64,000 bases of DNA from a virus. The stretch is taken from the IMG/VR virus record IMGVR_UViG_3300022074_000004. One strand, written 5' to 3'. Below the pieces are notes generated by a model. That model saw nothing but the letters and a program-made list of their open reading frames with translations, was not told the origin of the DNA and did no database searches. Shown here piece after piece: positions 59,944-64,000 of the stretch. The position numbers and the translations under genes are program-made. Positions within the stretch are counted from its first letter, which is position 1. Every line of letters starts with the position of its first letter.

Positions 59944-60563
59944 TGGAAGAATTATCTATTTTGCCTAGAAAAATTTATAAATTCAAGGCAGACCCAAAAC
60001 TCATTGAAGATGCTCTACCTCTACTGAGGGAAGAGGTGTATAGACCAAATCAAGCAAATAGAACTACGGATAATGATTATCTTTTGAATGATGAAAAGTA
60101 TAAAGACATTAAAGAGTGGATTATGTCTTGCTTGGAGAAATTGCGGGTTGAGATGAATTATTTGTGTGATGAGTTAACTGTAACTCAATCATGGGCAAAT
60201 CTTTCTGGACCAGGTGATTGGCATCCTCCACATATTCATCCAAATTCTATACTCAGTGGGATTATATATTTAACTGAGTCTGTAGGGTATACACAGTTCA
60301 AGTGCCCAAATGATTGGTACATAACCAGCAACACTCAAGTTCAGGCCATAAAAGTATCGTTTGAACCAGAAGCGAGTGTTTCTAATGATGAATATATTTC
60401 TAGCCCTGGAGATATGATAATATTTCCGTCTAGTTTTATGCATGGAGCTGACCCCCATGAAGGAGAAAATAATGATAGAATAACGATATCATTCAATGTA
60501 TTTCCAACTGGAAAAATTGGTCGAGATGATTATCTTTCAGGATTAACTATTGAGGTGAAGTAA
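59943..60563 (+). CDS. Putative 2OG-Fe(II) oxygenase
   Basis: SWAN..HPPHIHPNSILSGIIYL..IFPSSFMHG..RITISFN. Confidence 0.82.
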   Translation: MEELSILPRKIYKFKADPKLIEDALPLLREEVYRPNQANRTTDNDYLLNDEKYKDIKEWIMSCLEKLRVEMNYLCDELTVTQSWANLSGPGDWHPPHIHPNSILSGIIYLTESVGYTQFKCPNDWYITSNTQVQAIKVSFEPEASVSNDEYISSPGDMIIFPSSFMHGADPHEGENNDRITISFNVFPTGKIGRDDYLSGLTIEVK

Positions 60564-61570
60564 TGGATTTTTTACAAGAAATTGTGAAGGAGGTCGGTAA
60601 TGAGTACACAAAACTTGCATCCGATATTGAAGAAACTGAAGAATTCGTTGATACTGGTTCGTATATTTTTAACGGACTTGTTTCAGGTTCCATTTTTGGC
60701 GGTGTATCTGGCAATAAGATTACTGCCATTGCTGGCGAGTCTAGTACTGGAAAAACTTTTTTCTCTCTTGCTGTCGTCAAAAACTTCCTTGATTCTAACC
60801 CTAATGGTTATTGTCTATATTTTGACACTGAAGCCGCTGTTAACGGGTCTCTTATGGCAAGTAGGGGCATCGACTTAAATCGTGTCGTGGTCTCTAATGT
60901 TGTGACAGTTGAGGAATTCAGAAGTCTGGCATTGAGAGCAGTCGATGTGTATCTCAAAAAACCTGAGGATGAGCGCAGACCTGTTATGTTTGTGCTAGAC
61001 TCTTTAGGAATGCTTTCTACAGAAAAGGAGATCAGAGATGCTATTGATGATAAGCAGGTTAGAGACATGACTAAATCTCAGCTTATTAAAGGTGCATTCC
61101 GTATGTTGACTCTTAAACTGGGTCAAGCAAAAATTCCTTTAATTGTCACAAATCACACCTATGATGTAATTGGATCTTATGTTCCTACAAAAGAAATGGG
61201 AGGAGGCAGCGGACTTAAGTATGCGGCTTCTACGATCATTTATCTCAGCAAGAAAAAAGAAAAAGATGGAACAGAAGTCATTGGAAACCTTATCAAGGCA
61301 AAGACTGCTAAGTCGCGTTTAAGCAAGGAGAACAAAGATGTTACGGTGCGTTTGTATTACGATGAGCGTGGTCTTGATCGATATTATGGTCTTCTTGAAC
61401 TCGGTGAGATTGGCGGACTTTGGAAAAACGTTGCTGGTCGATATGAGATAGGTGGTAAAAAAGTCTATGCAAAAGCAATTTATAAAGACCCAGAACAATA
61501 CTTCACTCCAGAGGTGATGGACCAACTCGAACAAATTGCACAGAGGGAATTCAGTTATGGACAAAATTGA
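60563..61570 (+). CDS. uvsX: RecA-like recombinase UvsX
   Basis: GESSTGKT, YFDTE, VLDSLG, MGGGSGLKYAAS. Confidence 0.96.
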   Translation: MDFLQEIVKEVGNEYTKLASDIEETEEFVDTGSYIFNGLVSGSIFGGVSGNKITAIAGESSTGKTFFSLAVVKNFLDSNPNGYCLYFDTEAAVNGSLMASRGIDLNRVVVSNVVTVEEFRSLALRAVDVYLKKPEDERRPVMFVLDSLGMLSTEKEIRDAIDDKQVRDMTKSQLIKGAFRMLTLKLGQAKIPLIVTNHTYDVIGSYVPTKEMGGGSGLKYAASTIIYLSKKKEKDGTEVIGNLIKAKTAKSRLSKENKDVTVRLYYDERGLDRYYGLLELGEIGGLWKNVAGRYEIGGKKVYAKAIYKDPEQYFTPEVMDQLEQIAQREFSYGQN

Positions 61571-62933
61571 GGTTCTAATTCTTAGAAACCTATTATATAA
61601 TGAAAAGTATTTAAGAAAGGTACTCCCTTTCATCAAACCAGATTACTTCGAAGATTCAAACCAAAAGGTTGTCTATGAAGAAATCTTCAATTATGTCAAT
61701 CAGTATAATTCTCTGAGTACAAAGGAAGTTCTTTGTATTGAGGCGGAAAAGCGTACTGATATCAATGACTCCTCATTCAAAGAGGTGACAAAGCTTATCA
61801 GCTACTTAGAGGATGAGCCGACAGATTATGATTGGCTGATTGATACTACAGAAAAGTGGTGTCGAGATCGTGCTATATACTTAGCACTTATGGAATCAAT
61901 TGCTCTCGCTGATGGTAATAACGAGAAGAAAGGAAGAGATGCTATTCCTGGTATCCTATCTGATGCTTTGGCGGTATCATTTGATTCCAATATTGGTCAC
62001 GACTATCTAAACGATTATGAAGAGCGATTTAAGTTTTACACCCAAAAGGAAGACCGGATCCCATTCGATCTGGAATATTTTAACAGAATTACACAGGGTG
62101 GTCTGGTTAACAAGAGTCTCAACGTCGCTCTTGCTGGTACAGGCGTCGGTAAGTCTTTGTTCATGTGCCACGTTGCTTCTTCAGTCCTCCTTCAAGGAAG
62201 TAACGTTCTCTACATCACGCTTGAGATGGCTGAAGAAAAGATTGCAGAGAGAATTGATGCTAACCTCCTCAATGTTCCCATTCAAGAAATTTCAGAATTG
62301 CCAAAAGTAATGTTTGAGAATAAGGTAGCAAATTTAGCAAAGAAAACCCAGGGAACACTTATAATTAAAGAGTATCCTACAGCCAGCGCCCATAGTGGAC
62401 ATTTTAAAGCACTTCTTAATGAACTTGCACTTAAGAAGTCATTTAGACCTGATATTATTTTCATTGATTACCTTAATATATGTGCTTCCAGCAGGTATCG
62501 CTCAAACGGCAATGTCAATTCATATTCTTATATTAAGTCGGTTGCAGAAGAGCTTAGAGGACTGGCTGTTGAAGCAAACGTCCCTATCGTTTCTGCCACG
62601 CAGACCACTCGTTCTGGCTATGGTAGCTCTGATGTTGACATTACTGACACTAGTGAGTCCTTTGGTCTCCCTGCTACTGCTGATCTTATGTTTGCCCTTA
62701 TTTCTTCAGATGAGCTTGAGGGGCTCGGACAAATTATGGTAAAACAGTTGAAGAATCGATATAACGATGTCAATTTCTTCAAGAGATTTGTCATTGGTAT
62801 TGATCGTGCAAAGATGAGATTGTATGATTGTGAGCAGAGTGCTCAGGATGATATACTTGACAAAGGAGAAGAAGAGGAGTATAGTTACGAAGAGTCCACA
62901 ATCAAGAAATCATTTGAGGGGTTCAAATTTTAA
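61557..62933 (+). CDS. gp41: Replicative helicase gp41
   Basis: AGTGVGKS, ITLEM, IDYLN, SATQTTR, QLKNRY; start moved to ATG 61557. Confidence 0.96.
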   Translation: MDKIEVLILRNLLYNEKYLRKVLPFIKPDYFEDSNQKVVYEEIFNYVNQYNSLSTKEVLCIEAEKRTDINDSSFKEVTKLISYLEDEPTDYDWLIDTTEKWCRDRAIYLALMESIALADGNNEKKGRDAIPGILSDALAVSFDSNIGHDYLNDYEERFKFYTQKEDRIPFDLEYFNRITQGGLVNKSLNVALAGTGVGKSLFMCHVASSVLLQGSNVLYITLEMAEEKIAERIDANLLNVPIQEISELPKVMFENKVANLAKKTQGTLIIKEYPTASAHSGHFKALLNELALKKSFRPDIIFIDYLNICASSRYRSNGNVNSYSYIKSVAEELRGLAVEANVPIVSATQTTRSGYGSSDVDITDTSESFGLPATADLMFALISSDELEGLGQIMVKQLKNRYNDVNFFKRFVIGIDRAKMRLYDCEQSAQDDILDKGEEEEYSYEESTIKKSFEGFKF

Positions 62934-63370
62934 TGACTATTTCAATCAATAAAGAAGATATGTCCAATAAAGTCGATACTGATAAGTACCTAGAGTTTGT
63001 GAGCAGAGTTACTAGCACTCCTTCTCAGGATCATGATGCATTTGTTTATCGCATTCAAGAACTGATTGCCGATGATTTTGAAACTCATCGTCTTCTCACT
63101 GCATCTGTAGGTATGTGTGCTGAGGCAGGTGAGTTTACTGAGATTGTCAAAAAGATCGTCTTCCAAGGCAAACCCGTCAATGAAGAAAATATGTTTCATC
63201 TAAAGCGTGAACTAGGTGACATCATGTGGTATGTTGCTCAAGCATGTATGGGCCTGAATATTTCCCTTGATGAGGTTATTGAGATGAATGTAGAAAAACT
63301 ACAATCTCGTTATCCAGGTGGATCTTTTGATGTTCACTATTCTGAAAATCGTAAGGAGGGAGACGTATGA
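62933..63370 (+). CDS. mazG: MazG-like nucleotide pyrophosphohydrolase
   Basis: EAGEFTEIVKK, RELGDIMWY, NVEKLQSRYP. Confidence 0.93.
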   Translation: MTISINKEDMSNKVDTDKYLEFVSRVTSTPSQDHDAFVYRIQELIADDFETHRLLTASVGMCAEAGEFTEIVKKIVFQGKPVNEENMFHLKRELGDIMWYVAQACMGLNISLDEVIEMNVEKLQSRYPGGSFDVHYSENRKEGDV

Positions 63371-63510
63371 CTAAAAGAACTTTTGTAACCAAGTCTGGAG
63401 ATACTTGGGAATGGGAAGAGACTGAAGAAACTCGTAAGGCAGTAGAAAGATTGCATCAAGATATTCGTAAACTTGAAAAAGAAGCACCTGATCATGGAGT
63501 TGGAAAATGA
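63367..63510 (+). CDS. Hypothetical 47-aa protein (absent from ORF track)
   Basis: ATGA overlaps at both ends; MTKRTFVTKSGDTWEWEETEETRKAVERL. Confidence 0.6.
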   Translation: MTKRTFVTKSGDTWEWEETEETRKAVERLHQDIRKLEKEAPDHGVGK

Positions 63511-63719
63511 AATTACTTACACTCGAAGATTATGAAAAGGCAGGAGAAACATTCTGGCCTAAATATTGGTATGTTGCCAAAGAACTTGGTGAAGGAGCAA
63601 GAGCAGAAGACATTCTCAGGGTTATGGAAGCGGTTGGTGGGATCGCACTCAAAGTTGCCCTCGAAGACAAAGAAGGACCATTTGGATTTAATAAAAAGGA
63701 GGATAATGGAGCAGACTGA
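63507..63719 (+). CDS. Hypothetical protein
   Basis: MKLLTLEDYEKAGETFWPKYWYVAKELG; coupled. Confidence 0.7.
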   Translation: MKLLTLEDYEKAGETFWPKYWYVAKELGEGARAEDILRVMEAVGGIALKVALEDKEGPFGFNKKEDNGAD

Positions 63720-63951
63720 ACATCCCGAAATCACAGAAGTTGATTGGATTGATGATGCTTTCTATATTCGCAAGACAAGATTTGGATTGTTTACTAGTGT
63801 AAGAAAAGATACTGGGAAAGATTTTCTTACTGGTGCAACCTTTGAGGCTGTTCTTGATATGAGTAGATGGCATCTAAAGTGTGAACAGGAAGGAACTCTT
63901 GAACAATACACTAGAGTTGTTGGTAATGCAGTTGTAGACGGAAAGCTTTGA
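63706..63951 (+). CDS. Hypothetical protein
   Basis: ATG 63706 after AGGAGG SD; WIDDAFY..VVDGKL. Confidence 0.7.
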   Translation: MEQTEHPEITEVDWIDDAFYIRKTRFGLFTSVRKDTGKDFLTGATFEAVLDMSRWHLKCEQEGTLEQYTRVVGNAVVDGKL

Positions 63952-64000
63952 TACATAAATACTTTTATTAAAAAAGTATTTTGTTCCAATGAACTCAAGA

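Noticed and set aside
26257-62933. Introns, inteins or homing endonucleases in gp17, gp20, gp43, uvsX, gp41
   Set aside because: All are uninterrupted and of ordinary length, with no intein, HNH, GIY-YIG or LAGLIDADG motifs seen
1520-63998. Minus-strand and nested plus-strand ORFs in the track (e.g. 16050-16511, 55392-55901, 50887-51369, 10204-10410)
   Set aside because: They overlap well-supported + strand genes, show no recognisable motifs and look like shadow frames
1-64000. tRNA genes and CRISPR arrays
   Set aside because: Intergenic gaps are short, and I saw no cloverleaf with T-loop consensus or regularly spaced repeats; tRNAscan-SE was not run

Overview
A 64-kb segment of a large T4-like myovirus, most likely a marine cyanophage (Kyanoviridae-type). 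The host is inferred from gene order and from hsp20, mazG, cobS-like, VrlC-like and 2OG-Fe(II) oxygenase genes; no photosynthesis gene lies in the window. All credible genes are on the + strand. 1-37.7 kb is the late structural operon: giant gp7-like wedge protein (5'-truncated), a sulfotransferase/fibre/subtilisin insert, gp8, VrlC-like protein, gp13-gp23 and gp3. Many of these genes follow TAAATA late promoters. 37.7-64 kb is the recombination/replication block: uvsY, uvsW, gp55, gp47, gp46, a zincin-VWA plus MoxR AAA+ pair, gp45, gp44, gp62, regA, hsp20, gp43, uvsX, gp41 and mazG, with many accessory ORFs. The most unusual region is regA to gp43 (53.5-57.4 kb). It holds a PD-(D/E)xK nuclease + Dam-family methylase + ParB/DGQH-domain cassette, a ROSE-like RNA thermometer in the hsp20 leader, two short structured RNAs between a late promoter and a terminator (one with terminator/antiterminator alternatives), and three terminators that each contain the -35 box of the next promoter. 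Also notable: a candidate virion-borne subtilisin, candidate capsid-internal proteins with a T4-type targeting sequence, a TGGAC-N12-GWCCA operator shared by the VWA and AAA+ genes, and an antisense promoter back-to-back with the gp55 promoter. No tRNA, CRISPR, intron, intein or transposase was recognised. All calls are from motif reading and synteny; no searches or folding programs were run.
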